This document shows, one piece after another, positions 42,303-52,382 of a DNA stretch of 64,000 nucleotides (position 1 is the first letter of the stretch; every line of letters begins with the position of its first letter). The DNA is taken from positions 1 to 64,000 of IMG/VR virus record IMGVR_UViG_3300006217_000017; one strand, written 5' to 3'. The position numbers and the translations under genes were made by a program. Source of the stretch: a virus. The notes beneath the pieces were generated by a model, which worked only from the letters and a program-made list of their open reading frames with translations, did no database searches and was not told the origin of the DNA.

Positions 42303-43319
42303 TCAAAATATTTTCCTGAATTTAAACATTAGGGAAATGTAACCTACCATATCTTTGCTAAATGCTGCCTGCATCTTTGCCACCCCGTCGCTTCCCCTTG
42401 CCGTCCTAAGATATAATCTAATTTCATCATTAAGTTTTTTAGAGGAATGCAGCAATATTTCGTCTGTTTCGGAAGAACCGCTTAGGGCAGTATCCCAGTG
42501 CATAATCCCGGCATACCCAAATTCTTCTGTTTGTCCGGTCGGTGTGACATATACAACATATACGCCACTTTTCAAGTCATTCCCTTCCACAACTCCTTGC
42601 CAATAGGTTTTTGGGATTAATGAAACTCCTCGGTAGCTAACTATAAAACCTTGGGAAGCCTCCTCTGCCCTGTCCGCACTCTCCTTTGCCTGCCTCGCGT
42701 ATTCCATGGCATTGTCGGAACCCTCTCCTTCCCTTACCCCAGTCCCGCCATGGGCATAGCTTTCGGACAGTTTTGCAAATTCCTCGGATTTCCCTGCGCT
42801 TAGCTGTGCCTTGCCCTGCTCCACCCTGATGTCCGCAAGGTAGTCCGGGCGCAGGTGCTTCTCCTGTATGCTGCCTTCTTTTATGATTGCTTTTACTTTT
42901 CCTTCTTCCACGGATATTGCTATTGTGTCGCTGTTCAGGAATTCAAGTTCTGTAATCAGCCTTGACAGGTCTACTTCAAACCTTCCCCCTCCTTCCAGCG
43001 GAAGTGTAAGCATTTCTGTAACCGGGTCGTAAAATATATCCAGTGCAACCATCTCAAGAGGTGTGTCAATTGTAATTGTTTCCCCATTTTTTCTTGTAAA
43101 TGTTAAAATTCCATTTGTCTTGTTATACTGAACATCTTTAAAAAGCTTAGATGTATGCTCTAGTAATTCTTCTTTTGAAGCCTTGTTTTCATCCAGATTA
43201 TGGACATTCTCATCCGTCAAATTGATAGAACGAACCATTCTGTTTAAATTCTCTTCGTCTACCGGAGATTCGTCGCTTGGATAGTTTCTCCATACTAAAT
43301 CAATATGAGCGTTGTTCAT
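42303..43319 (-). CDS. tail fibre / baseplate-associated protein
   Basis: 338 aa, lying between the large tail protein and the tip-bearing fibre. The start overlaps the upstream gene. Confidence 0.5.
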   Translation of the reverse strand: MNNAHIDLVWRNYPSDESPVDEENLNRMVRSINLTDENVHNLDENKASKEELLEHTSKLFKDVQYNKTNGILTFTRKNGETITIDTPLEMVALDIFYDPVTEMLTLPLEGGGRFEVDLSRLITELEFLNSDTIAISVEEGKVKAIIKEGSIQEKHLRPDYLADIRVEQGKAQLSAGKSEEFAKLSESYAHGGTGVREGEGSDNAMEYARQAKESADRAEEASQGFIVSYRGVSLIPKTYWQGVVEGNDLKSGVYVVYVTPTGQTEEFGYAGIMHWDTALSGSSETDEILLHSSKKLNDEIRLYLRTARGSDGVAKMQAAFSKDMVGYISLMFKFRKIF

Positions 43320-46300
43320 AACTGCAAATCCTTTCCATTAAAAAAGAAACAGATTCTTTCAATGAATCTATCTCTTTCTTCTGATTTTCTAGTTCTAATT
43401 CCAGTTCCACGTTTTTTCTTCTTAAAAAATCAATTTCTTTTTGTTGCATTTGATTCTTTCTCATGTTCCACATAATGAACTCTGTGTAAATAATCCCCAT
43501 AGGGTCGTCCACCCCACAGTAGTCTTCATTCTCCGGACTATCAGACATTTGGACAAACCCTCCAAAATCTTTCATTGTATATCCGTGTTTTTCGAATGAT
43601 TTTTTTACGTCCTGCGCTTTTACTCCGAAATGATATCTCCCAGAAGTTCCGTTATTATATTTAAATGCGCATGGTTCTATATCCATATACACGTTGTCAA
43701 ATTCATCTAATGGCTTAAAGGAGTTTTTTACGCGCTCATCGGAAGTGGTTATACTTCCGGCAGAGCTTAATACCACAGAATTTCCGCGCAGCCTTGTGGA
43801 AGTTGGTGTATCGCTGTAATTAGAAGCTGGAACACCAACAAAACTATATCTGTCCTCATTCCTGTAACCAATTATGTAATGCATAAGTCCTTCATGCGAT
43901 ACATTTACCCTCACTCCCATATCCCCTGTGTCCCCAGTGAAATCTAAATACCGATTTGCATACAATTTCGTTGCCCTAAATTCACAATGAGCCTGTAGTA
44001 AGTCACTGTATATATGGCAACTTCTGTCTTGGGAAATTTCTTTAAAAGCCAAATAATTATATCCAGAATCAAAATCGTTCTTTGAAAGCCTTCCAAACCT
44101 TAAATCCATATCACCAGTATCGTCAGATTTTATATACGCAATCCTATACCTATCGTCAAAATCTGGGTCCCTTATGTAATAGGCTGAATTCGCCTCTATG
44201 TTTGACCCAGTTATTTTTCCTCCTTTAAAGGTCTGCCCATTAATTTCCCCTCCGTCCAGCCTGTCGCAATTTATCTTTCCAGTCGTTATATTCCCTCCGT
44301 TTATTATTGTTTTTCCATCGTTTTTCGCAAGGTTTTCAAAGCTGACAAGTCCGGAAAATTTTATCTCTTTTGCTTGGCCAGTTATTACGCTGCCATTCTC
44401 TTTTGTCGCTAAAAGAGCCAAGGTTGCAGAAGTAGAGCCATTGGTGACGGACATGTCAATAGACTTAACGGTTTGCGCTATTTTTGAAGAAAGCCCTCTT
44501 TCTGTATCTTCCACCTTTTGTTCTATTCCATCTGCTGTTTGCTTTATCTCGGATCTTATGGTTGTGCTAACCTGCTCAAGTTGCGTGTATTCCCTCCATT
44601 CCACCCATTGAGGCCTGTCAAGCGGATGGTGCTTCACTGCTTCATATACCATTCCGCTTGTCTGGTCTAAATATTTAAGCCCGGGCTTATATTCTTCAGC
44701 CGTCATTATTTTAGATGGTGCACCAAAACCATATTTGTCAATAAGTATCGGTGTGCCATCTACTTTTTTCTCGCTCCATATTTTTTCCGTCCTTGCAACT
44801 GTGCTTGTTATGCTTTCTGCTGTTTGTTTTATTTCAGACGATAAGTTTTCGGTTATCATCTCGAGTTTTTTTACAAATACCCACGAAACTCCATTGGACT
44901 GATAAAGATTTCCATCCGACTGATTCAGGTAATACTTACCGTTATTCTCGCTTGCCTTATATTGCATTTTTTCATCATCAGGCGAAAAATATCCAAATAG
45001 CTCAACATTATATCCTGTTGTATCATATTTACTTGTTGCCTTGCTGACTGTAGAAGTAATACTTTCTGCTGTCTGTACGATTGACGAACGCACGTCTATA
45101 AAATTTCCGTTCGTATCTTTTTCAAAACTTGAAAGTTCTGACCTTGTTTCATCCAAGTTTCTTATAAGGATATTAGTTTTTCCCTTTAGTTGGATAATAG
45201 AATTATGCACTCCGTTTATTTTCCCAGAATATTTCTCTGTTCCATTTGCGCTAAACGCGTCTGCCAAGGACTGTATGCCTTTCAAGGTTCTGTTCAGGAT
45301 GTAAGATTCCACCAATTCATATTTCGTGGGCAACCTTACTGGGTCTCCGACTTCCAAGCACGGATTCCCGATGCAATCAGCAGAAAAAGGCCTATATACA
45401 ATGTGCGTTATCTTGTCAAATATGTTTTTTGCCACCGCTGCCAAATCATCGGAAGATTTTCCGTAGACAAGAAAATTATTTTCAATAACATAGCAGTTGT
45501 CATTTTGCGTTTTACTCCCTTCCGGCCATATCTTCCCTATATCGTTCTCTTCCTGCCTAATTTGCAATCTTGTAATTCTTTTGCAAATGAAATCTTCGTA
45601 TTGGCAGCTTTTGTAACCTCCGGAACCTATTCCAGTAGATTTTGGTGCTTGTGGGTAAAGATGCCCGGTTTCCGACTGTTTGAGATACCATGGAGCGTGG
45701 TCTGGGAACAATGTGTTGCTTGGATACAAGCCCATCATATCTTGTGTAAGATAAATGTAATGGAATTTCCCGTCGCGCCCGATATGCCCAAAGCATCCAT
45801 TAATCTCGCATATCGCCCGAATTACGTCCAGCCCGCTTAGTGAGGATTCTTTCAGTATGCTTACCTGCTGTGTTTCATTGTCAATTTCCGTCCCTTCTTC
45901 TACGCTTATCGTTTTTTCTAGATATAGGCCGTCATTCACCAGCCCATACACCCGCGTCCCATCCTCCCGCACTTCCATGACTGGGTCTACTTCTTTTAGG
46001 CCGAAATGCTCAATAAAACTTTTCCTGAACTGCCTCATCGGGACCCTTCTGTTCATGTCCGGGAAAATAGAGTTGTACCAGCCGACCACGCTTGAATTGA
46101 TAATGTCGTACATGGCATCATACGCCGTTATATCCCGATATAGCCTGTCCGCTGTCGGAACATCAGAAAACACCTTGTACCTGCCAAATTGGAACGGGAT
46201 GTCTGTGTGCCCGTCCAATGTTTCTTCCACAACCAGCCACTTATCTTTCATCTTGGTAAACGTATTGTGTATTTTGAATTTCAGTACGCTTGCTTCGCAG

Positions 46301-46638
46301 CATCCAAAGCGTAGTTCGGATTCCGAGCAAAGGCTTTCAGAAAGCTCAAAATTTTCCCATTCAATGTCTTTGTTTTTGAATACCAGAAGTTCATATTCTC
46401 CCTGCACTGGTTTCCAGTTAAAGGAACTGATTGCAGAAGAAACGGACAAATTTCTGCATTTGTAATAAATCCCGGTTTCTGCATCCAAATAAACTTTTCC
46501 CTCATATTCAGCTTTTGCTTGGTATTTGCTTTCCGGCAGCCCATATCCGACAAAATCACACGCTGTAATTCTAACCTGCTTGTCAACGTGCTGCCTGTTG
46601 TATAATTCCTTGTACATATAATCAACCACGGTAAACAC
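43300..46638 (-). CDS. large tail protein (Tal / host-specificity type) with a C-terminal peptidase S74 intramolecular chaperone domain
   Basis: 1112 aa. The C-terminal SDERVKNSFKPLDEF...YHFGVKAQDVKKSFEKHG...IIYTEFIMWNM plus a terminal coiled-coil matches the auto-cleaving chaperone pattern. Confidence 0.75.
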   Translation of the reverse strand: MFTVVDYMYKELYNRQHVDKQVRITACDFVGYGLPESKYQAKAEYEGKVYLDAETGIYYKCRNLSVSSAISSFNWKPVQGEYELLVFKNKDIEWENFELSESLCSESELRFGCCEASVLKFKIHNTFTKMKDKWLVVEETLDGHTDIPFQFGRYKVFSDVPTADRLYRDITAYDAMYDIINSSVVGWYNSIFPDMNRRVPMRQFRKSFIEHFGLKEVDPVMEVREDGTRVYGLVNDGLYLEKTISVEEGTEIDNETQQVSILKESSLSGLDVIRAICEINGCFGHIGRDGKFHYIYLTQDMMGLYPSNTLFPDHAPWYLKQSETGHLYPQAPKSTGIGSGGYKSCQYEDFICKRITRLQIRQEENDIGKIWPEGSKTQNDNCYVIENNFLVYGKSSDDLAAVAKNIFDKITHIVYRPFSADCIGNPCLEVGDPVRLPTKYELVESYILNRTLKGIQSLADAFSANGTEKYSGKINGVHNSIIQLKGKTNILIRNLDETRSELSSFEKDTNGNFIDVRSSIVQTAESITSTVSKATSKYDTTGYNVELFGYFSPDDEKMQYKASENNGKYYLNQSDGNLYQSNGVSWVFVKKLEMITENLSSEIKQTAESITSTVARTEKIWSEKKVDGTPILIDKYGFGAPSKIMTAEEYKPGLKYLDQTSGMVYEAVKHHPLDRPQWVEWREYTQLEQVSTTIRSEIKQTADGIEQKVEDTERGLSSKIAQTVKSIDMSVTNGSTSATLALLATKENGSVITGQAKEIKFSGLVSFENLAKNDGKTIINGGNITTGKINCDRLDGGEINGQTFKGGKITGSNIEANSAYYIRDPDFDDRYRIAYIKSDDTGDMDLRFGRLSKNDFDSGYNYLAFKEISQDRSCHIYSDLLQAHCEFRATKLYANRYLDFTGDTGDMGVRVNVSHEGLMHYIIGYRNEDRYSFVGVPASNYSDTPTSTRLRGNSVVLSSAGSITTSDERVKNSFKPLDEFDNVYMDIEPCAFKYNNGTSGRYHFGVKAQDVKKSFEKHGYTMKDFGGFVQMSDSPENEDYCGVDDPMGIIYTEFIMWNMRKNQMQQKEIDFLRRKNVELELELENQKKEIDSLKESVSFLMERICSYEQRSY

Positions 46639-47110
46639 CTCCTATAAACGCAAGCCGTATTGGGTTGTACTGGATGATTGGGTTTTTCTTTAAACTATTT
46701 TCTGCGTAATACATCTGTGGCTGGAAGTCGGCCAGATATCCCATCTGCCATTCAAAATAATTGTCATATTCCGGGACATATGCCTGCATATAAAACTGCC
46801 TTGCCTTCGGAACGTTATACTGCGCAGCGATATTCCTCATGAGTTCGCTGAATGTTATGTTTGTCATCATGGCCCGGGTTTCAAATTCAACCTTCAATGC
46901 TTTCAGTTCTACCGCATCCCTATGCTGGTATCCGTTTGCATCGGGCCATGTATCCACGTCCTGCATGTTCACGTATGCGCTGTAGGATTCTGCTGCTATG
47001 TATTTTATTGGTATGTTATAGAATTCCCCTATTTTATCTGACGGCGTTCTTGCTACTCTTATGAGCCATCCTTCATATGCCAAATATGCCGCCTCCTTAA
47101 AAATAAGCAT
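46622..47110 (-). CDS. putative distal tail protein
   Basis: The call rests on its position immediately upstream of the Tal-like gene. A TTG at 47083 with an AAGGAGG RBS may be the true start. Confidence 0.4.
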   Translation of the reverse strand: MLIFKEAAYLAYEGWLIRVARTPSDKIGEFYNIPIKYIAAESYSAYVNMQDVDTWPDANGYQHRDAVELKALKVEFETRAMMTNITFSELMRNIAAQYNVPKARQFYMQAYVPEYDNYFEWQMGYLADFQPQMYYAENSLKKNPIIQYNPIRLAFIGGVYRG

Positions 47111-47113
47111 AAA

Positions 47114-47145
47114 AAGAACACCTGCCGTTTCTGGCAGATGTTCTT
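47114..47145 (-). terminator. hairpin terminator closing the inserted island
   Basis: aagaacacctgcc-gtttct-ggcagatgttctt, 13 bp with one mismatch. A T-run follows on the minus strand. Confidence 0.5.
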
Positions 47146-47216
47146 TACAATACTTACTTTATTTAATTTCCTTATAACTTAATTCCATCTATTGTTTCTG
47201 TTTTTTCTGTTTAATC

Positions 47217-47516
47217 TCAAATCCTTACTTTATCCACATAACCACTTATCTCTGTGTGTAACTTATGGATAAACATTACATTTTCATACTTATTTGATTC
47301 CTCCTCACTTATTAAACACGTGACCGGACGCCTGATTCCTTCCGATATCCGAACTACTGTTGAAAGCCTGATATCTTTTTTCTTCCCATCCAATATGTAA
47401 TTCAGTTCCCGGAGGGAAATCCCACACTCTTCTGACATGTGCTTCATGCTACACCCAGTCCTGCTCATGTGCCGGAAAAGCTGCTGCCTTAAGTTCTCCA
47501 TGCAATTTTCCATCAT
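47217..47516 (-). CDS. HTH (XRE-like) protein
   Basis: CSMKHMSEECGISLRELNYILDGKKKDIRLSTVVRISEGI. Confidence 0.45.
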   Translation of the reverse strand: MMENCMENLRQQLFRHMSRTGCSMKHMSEECGISLRELNYILDGKKKDIRLSTVVRISEGIRRPVTCLISEEESNKYENVMFIHKLHTEISGYVDKVRI

Positions 47517-48016
47517 TCCACCTCCACTCCAAACTGGGAAAGTAAGTAATGTTTCAAATCTTCTTTTCCCTTCATATGCCCTAGCCGGAATGCTAAATCT
47601 ACCGCATTGTTCGGATTGGTTTTATTCGCAATCTCAATCAGGTTAAAATAGTCCTCCCAGTCCATCCCAGATTTTATACTTTCAGTGCGTTTCCGGTATT
47701 CCTTAAGCATACTATTGATTTTAGAATTTTTGTGTTCCTTCCTATTTAAATGCAGAAAGCCTTTGAAATGTTTCAGTGCATTGTGTCGCGCCACTTCAAA
47801 TACCTTTTTATAAAATTCCTCCTGCGTGAGGCTTCCCTTCATCCTACTGCATGTTTCGCAAGTGCATTGCATGTTTGAAAAATCTTTTCCTCCCCCTTTT
47901 GATGGAGGGTTTTTCCGGTTAATGCACATTTCCACTAATTGCAGTTTCTTCCCGCAGATGGAGCATTTCCCGCTGTACATACGGTATACGGTTTCCCGGA
48001 CTTCGGAATACTTCAT
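47513..48016 (-). CDS. HNH endonuclease
   Basis: CSICGKKL...NRKNPPSKGGGKDFSNMQCTCETCSRMKG. The start is taken at the internal MKYSEV, which has an RBS (gaggaatg). The track ORF extends to 48142. Confidence 0.7.
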   Translation of the reverse strand: MKYSEVRETVYRMYSGKCSICGKKLQLVEMCINRKNPPSKGGGKDFSNMQCTCETCSRMKGSLTQEEFYKKVFEVARHNALKHFKGFLHLNRKEHKNSKINSMLKEYRKRTESIKSGMDWEDYFNLIEIANKTNPNNAVDLAFRLGHMKGKEDLKHYLLSQFGVEVE

Positions 48017-48020
48017 GTTC

Positions 48021-48179
48021 TTACTCACATTCCTCACCCCGCTTTCCTTCCAGTACCCGCAGGGCTTCTTCGTGGATTTTCCTGTCCATCTCGTTCGTAT
48101 CAATGGAAACCTGATACTTGAGGGCTGCAATCTGCTGTTCAAGTTTCTTCTTGTCTTTCGGGACTTCTACTCTTAACAT
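48021..48179 (-). CDS. hypothetical 52-aa coiled-coil protein
   Basis: Hand translation: MLRVEVPKDKKKLEQQIAALKYQVSIDTNEMDRKIHEEALRVLEGKRGEECE. Confidence 0.3.
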   Translation of the reverse strand: MLRVEVPKDKKKLEQQIAALKYQVSIDTNEMDRKIHEEALRVLEGKRGEECE

Positions 48180-48291
48180 TCCCCCACACCCCCTTTCAAT
48201 TTAAGGGATTGCTGGGAGTTTATCATTTTTATTTTTAATCTATCCATTTTTCCTTCCTTTCAAAAACCAGAAGGATTGGAAATCGTAAATG

Positions 48292-49179
48292 TCAGTCTTT
48301 TCTATTTGTTGCCTTATCGAACAGGGCTTCAAATTCCTCCCATGTGTCAGACGCTCTCATAAGGGCAATCACCTTTTGGAGCTGCTTGTCAAGATGCGGA
48401 ACTCCTATCTCATCTGTCAAAGATTGGTGTAACCTCCTACTCTTCGGAGTTTTGCTTTTCAGTTCTTCTAGAACCCCGTCTGTCAGTTGCTCATATATGT
48501 ATTGGTTTGTCAACTTCCCTACATACTGCGGTCGGCTGTTTCCGTTGTATGCCCATCCTTTCAGACGGAACATCTGCTTGTAAAATTCGTCTGGAAATCG
48601 CTTTGCCCACGGCATAAGTTCCTCGCTTATGTAAGCCGATAAAAGCCTCTGTAATTCATCATGTTCCCTGTCGTACTGATATCCTGTTACTTCATCAATC
48701 AGAGAATCAAGCCCGACTTTTGCAAAAGCGGTCATTATAGCGTATAGCCTTTCGGCAGTTTCAACTTGCGCCTTGTTCAATATTCCATCGTTCTTTGCGT
48801 CCGCATACGCTTTGCATATGTCTACAAATATAGATGATTTCATTGGGAAGAATGGCGTACCCCTTTTCGTGAGATACTGCGGCAGTTCATTCCTCGTTGA
48901 TTTATACACCCAATCCCTCAATTCTTCCGAAAGATATGGCGCAATCCACAAAGAATTTAAATTTCTTTTTAATGCTGTTCCGCCGCCGCCCGTGAGATTC
49001 ATGGCTTTCGCCGCTCCTCTGGAAGACAAAACCCGTTCCTTGTTGTCCATGACATAACATTCCAATTCCAGTCCTTCTCCTATTTTCCATGTTCCACTGT
49101 GTGTCGCCCTTGGCTGTTTCATATTCGCTTGCCCCTTTCCTGTTTTCTTGATTATACATTTAGGAAAGTGTCCAGTCAA
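48292..49179 (-). CDS. P63C-domain protein
   Basis: GYQYDREHDELQRLLSAYISEELMPWAKRFPDEFYKQMFRLKGW. The likely true start is the internal MKQPRA at about 49122. Confidence 0.6.
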   Translation of the reverse strand: MTGHFPKCIIKKTGKGQANMKQPRATHSGTWKIGEGLELECYVMDNKERVLSSRGAAKAMNLTGGGGTALKRNLNSLWIAPYLSEELRDWVYKSTRNELPQYLTKRGTPFFPMKSSIFVDICKAYADAKNDGILNKAQVETAERLYAIMTAFAKVGLDSLIDEVTGYQYDREHDELQRLLSAYISEELMPWAKRFPDEFYKQMFRLKGWAYNGNSRPQYVGKLTNQYIYEQLTDGVLEELKSKTPKSRRLHQSLTDEIGVPHLDKQLQKVIALMRASDTWEEFEALFDKATNRKD

Positions 49180-49256
49180 GAACGCACTTTTTTATTTTAG
49201 TGGACGCTCACTAAAAATCAGAAAATTTCATTTTAGTAAGTGACCGGATTGGGATG

Positions 49257-49922
49257 CTATACATCAAGGTACATCTGTTCGTATTCTGGCACTCTCACGA
49301 AATCCTCTGTGAGTTCCACGCCGAACTGCAGGGAAACTTTCTGGAAGTTCTCCGCAATCTTATGCGGAGCAAGGCTCTGGCGATGGGCTACTCTGTCCAT
49401 AATCTTTAAGTAACTGGCAAGTTCGCCTAACTGGATTTCGGATGGGTTGCATAACTGTGTTTGTTCCTGCTCCTTGCTTGGGAGGAAAGCGTCTGCAAGG
49501 ATGTCTTTGGCTTTGAGTTGATACTGCATTAACTTCCTCGCGAAGTCTGGTCGTTCTTCTCTAGTCTTTTCTGTTATCTGTATTTTCGCAAGCCAAAGTG
49601 GGACAAAATCATGTCTGATACAGAAAACATCCTGCGTTCCACTACCTGTCGGGAGGGGGATCTGATTAGATCCACCTTCGCTGAATACCATATCTTTCTT
49701 GATGTTCTTAACCTGTCGTTTCATCTGTCCTTCTGTCATTTCAAGTGCATCACATACCCAACGCACACCCACCCAGATATTTCCTTCTGCGTCTTTTGCG
49801 GCTTTGATGGAATCTCCCATCACGTCTACATTCTTTACAATCATTTCTTCCATATAAAAACCACCTTTCAAAAAATGTTTTTGACATTCCTTAAGAAAGG
49901 TGGTAATATATACACATACCAC
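49257..49922 (-). CDS. phage antirepressor N-terminal-domain (P22_AR_N-like) protein
   Basis: GNIWVGVRWVCDALEMTEGQMKRQVKNIKKDMVFSEG...PTGSGTQDVFCIRHDFVPLWLAKIQI. The likely true start is MEEMIV at about 49853. Confidence 0.7.
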   Translation of the reverse strand: MVCVYITTFLKECQKHFLKGGFYMEEMIVKNVDVMGDSIKAAKDAEGNIWVGVRWVCDALEMTEGQMKRQVKNIKKDMVFSEGGSNQIPLPTGSGTQDVFCIRHDFVPLWLAKIQITEKTREERPDFARKLMQYQLKAKDILADAFLPSKEQEQTQLCNPSEIQLGELASYLKIMDRVAHRQSLAPHKIAENFQKVSLQFGVELTEDFVRVPEYEQMYLDV

Positions 49923-49978
49923 CTTTGCAAAAAGGAATTTGGTTGTTGAGTAATCGTGCGGTCGCCAAACTACAACGA

Positions 49979-50170
49979 TTACTCTTTTTCTTTTAATTCT
50001 TTATAAACCCTTTCAATACCCATTCTTACGACATCTACTTTTTTCATTCCTGTTTTTGAAACACAGAAATTCAATTTTTCAATGTCGCTGTCAGACATTC
50101 TAAAACTTTCCCTATGCCACTTTGGGTCTTTTGAGGGCGGTCTGCCATGTGCTGGCGACAATCTTATCAT
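49979..50170 (-). CDS. ribbon-helix-helix-like small regulator
   Basis: GRPPSKDPKWHRESFRMSDSDIEKLNFCVSKTGMKKVDVVRMGIERVY. Confidence 0.45.
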   Translation of the reverse strand: MIRLSPAHGRPPSKDPKWHRESFRMSDSDIEKLNFCVSKTGMKKVDVVRMGIERVYKELKEKE

Positions 50171-50183
50171 CTCCCTTCTTTAT

Positions 50184-50225
50184 ATGTTATGACACTAATT
50201 ATAAATGTTATGACATTTAATGTCA
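50184..50225. promoter_or_regulatory. operator-like repeats upstream of the RHH-like gene
   Basis: ATGTTATGACA occurs at 50184 and 50205, 21 bp apart. The palindrome TGACAT-tta-ATGTCA lies at 50211-50225. Confidence 0.5.
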
Positions 50226-50340
50226 ATACCTAAAACAGAAAAATATATAAATTTAGGGTGCCTCCAAATTAGAAGCACCCTTCTGTCTATTACTGTTTCA
50301 AAAGAAAATATAGAATCTGCATACTAAATTTTAAAACCAT

Positions 50341-51396
50341 TTAATTTATGTACTCTATGTCTACCCTTGGCAATGTGACCTGTTCCCCTAAGATTGTTTC
50401 TGTAGTATCTGTTCCTTTACATTCTCCATACATAACTACTGAATCTCCTTCCAATATCCTAGATTCCCCATCTTTGTAAGAATAAACACATCCCCATTTG
50501 TTCCCATTGTAATCTGTAACATAAATTGTAAATGAATCAAACCATCCCTCTACTATTTGTTCTACTGTTCCTTCAACCTTGCAATATTTTCCGTCGTTAT
50601 TGTCTGGATTCCGTAATATATCCTCGTAATCTAGGATTTCGCACAAGGATTTGTATTCTTCCTCCGATATGTCTTCACCAGAATCCGCAACTTCTTCAGT
50701 AACCGTAAAATATTGTGACAGACCTTCGTCTGAATTTTCTTTCTTATATTCCTTCGCTTTATCCCCTACTGCGAATACAAGACAATCATCCACATTTACT
50801 GATTTTCCCATGAACGAATAACTATCATTTCCTGCAACTGTTCCGCTTATACCAACAATATCTCCTTTATTCAATTGAGATTCATATTTCTCGTAATTTT
50901 CTCCGACATGAAAACTACTCATCATATATCCATCTGATAAATTTGATTGTATCATATCTTCTTTAATATCATCAATTTCTACAACAACATATATCTTCGC
51001 TCCTTCCATATTTGCGCAATACTTATCTAAATCTTCATTTTTTATAAATAAATATTCCCCAGAATCGACTCTTTTTATTCCATCTTCTAAATCGGTTTCT
51101 TTTTTTTCTTCCTCTTTTTCCTCTTTGTCCTTTTCCTGTTTTTCATTTATTCCGTTTGTTATTTCTTCTTTTTTTGCTGGCGGTTCTTGACTTTCTATGG
51201 AATTACCATCCCCTGATTGCCCTGCTATTATAATTATAAAAGCCCATATACATAACAAAACAGTACACCCAATTCTCGCTGGTTTTCTTAATGGCTTTTT
51301 GAATACCCACAATAAAATAACTCCTATGTATGGCGCAAATATGCATACAAGGGAAATAAACCATGTTTTCTTATAAAATTTTTCTCCTTTTGACAT
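50341..51396 (-). CDS. membrane protein with a large acidic extracytoplasmic region, function unknown
   Basis: Two N-terminal TM segments, an E/K-rich linker, and an approximately 230-aa domain. The gene is AT-rich. Confidence 0.55.
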   Translation of the reverse strand: MSKGEKFYKKTWFISLVCIFAPYIGVILLWVFKKPLRKPARIGCTVLLCIWAFIIIIAGQSGDGNSIESQEPPAKKEEITNGINEKQEKDKEEKEEEKKETDLEDGIKRVDSGEYLFIKNEDLDKYCANMEGAKIYVVVEIDDIKEDMIQSNLSDGYMMSSFHVGENYEKYESQLNKGDIVGISGTVAGNDSYSFMGKSVNVDDCLVFAVGDKAKEYKKENSDEGLSQYFTVTEEVADSGEDISEEEYKSLCEILDYEDILRNPDNNDGKYCKVEGTVEQIVEGWFDSFTIYVTDYNGNKWGCVYSYKDGESRILEGDSVVMYGECKGTDTTETILGEQVTLPRVDIEYIN

Positions 51397-51517
51397 TTCT
51401 AAAATCTCCTCTCGTTTGTATTATTGACAAATTATACCACAAAAGAAGATAAGTTTCTACAAAAGTCAAGAGGAAAATTAAAGATTTTTGCAAAACAATA
51501 GGACGGTTGTTTCCGTC

Positions 51518-52168
51518 CTATGCTGTCAAGTATGCAATTTCAGCAAATCTCTTTATTCTATCGTTGCAATCTTTATATATATCCTTATAGTGCATACCCA
51601 TTGACATATCAATTTGAATAGTCTGTAAAATAATACTCTCAACCAATGTAAGGTTGTTCAGTTCCGACACGCTCACGCTGTCACGATTTCCACCAACAAC
51701 ACTTTTTGCAAGTTTCGTGTAAACCATATACAACTTGTCTGAATTTTTACTGCCCTGTTCTTTTGCGTAATCCTGTAATAGTTTGATAACATCAGTTTCC
51801 TTTAGGCGGTTTTCCTTATTGGCAATCCTCGTTTCTGTCCATAGTTTGGATTGTTTCTCAACGAGAAATCTCCGCATAGCATAAAACTGCCTTACCAACT
51901 CTTTCTTGAATTTAACAACCACCTTAGAATTTCTTAAAAGGGTTATGACAAAGGTTGCTTGTTCCTCGTTAAGATAATACACTCTTTCTGGTTGTCCTCT
52001 TTTCCCCGATTTTAAATCGGAGAAATCAATTTTGCCAAAATCAGCAATATCACTCTCGTATTTTCTGATAATAGCAACGACTGATTCGTGCTGATTATTT
52101 GTTCCCTCTGCAATTACCTTGCTGTTTGTAAATACATCATTTTCTCTTACTTCCACTAACTCATACAT
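51518..52168 (-). CDS. Rha-family phage regulatory protein
   Basis: The N-terminal VFTNSKVIAEGTNNQHESVVAIIRKY matches the Rha pattern. Confidence 0.65.
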   Translation of the reverse strand: MYELVEVRENDVFTNSKVIAEGTNNQHESVVAIIRKYESDIADFGKIDFSDLKSGKRGQPERVYYLNEEQATFVITLLRNSKVVVKFKKELVRQFYAMRRFLVEKQSKLWTETRIANKENRLKETDVIKLLQDYAKEQGSKNSDKLYMVYTKLAKSVVGGNRDSVSVSELNNLTLVESIILQTIQIDMSMGMHYKDIYKDCNDRIKRFAEIAYLTA

Positions 52169-52263
52169 AATTATTCCACCTTTCTTTCGCTACTGTCATT
52201 CGACAGGCAGGTTAATAGTTTCAATTTTGTTTGGATTTTCTTATGTATTTTGGTAAAACAAAA

Positions 52264-52305
52264 AGCACCTCGAAAGCCATGATAGCGTCATGACCTCCGG
52301 GTGCT
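52264..52305 (-). terminator. long hairpin terminator directly after the tape measure gene
   Basis: agcacc/ggtgct closes further G-U-containing pairs and an inner catga/tcatg stem. On the minus strand it is followed by tttttgtttt. Confidence 0.6.
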
Positions 52306-52382
52306 GATAATTGCTCCCTCAATATTTCGTCTTAGTAGTAAAAATTGAATTTTATTTATCCTATCATGTTTTTATTCACAAG

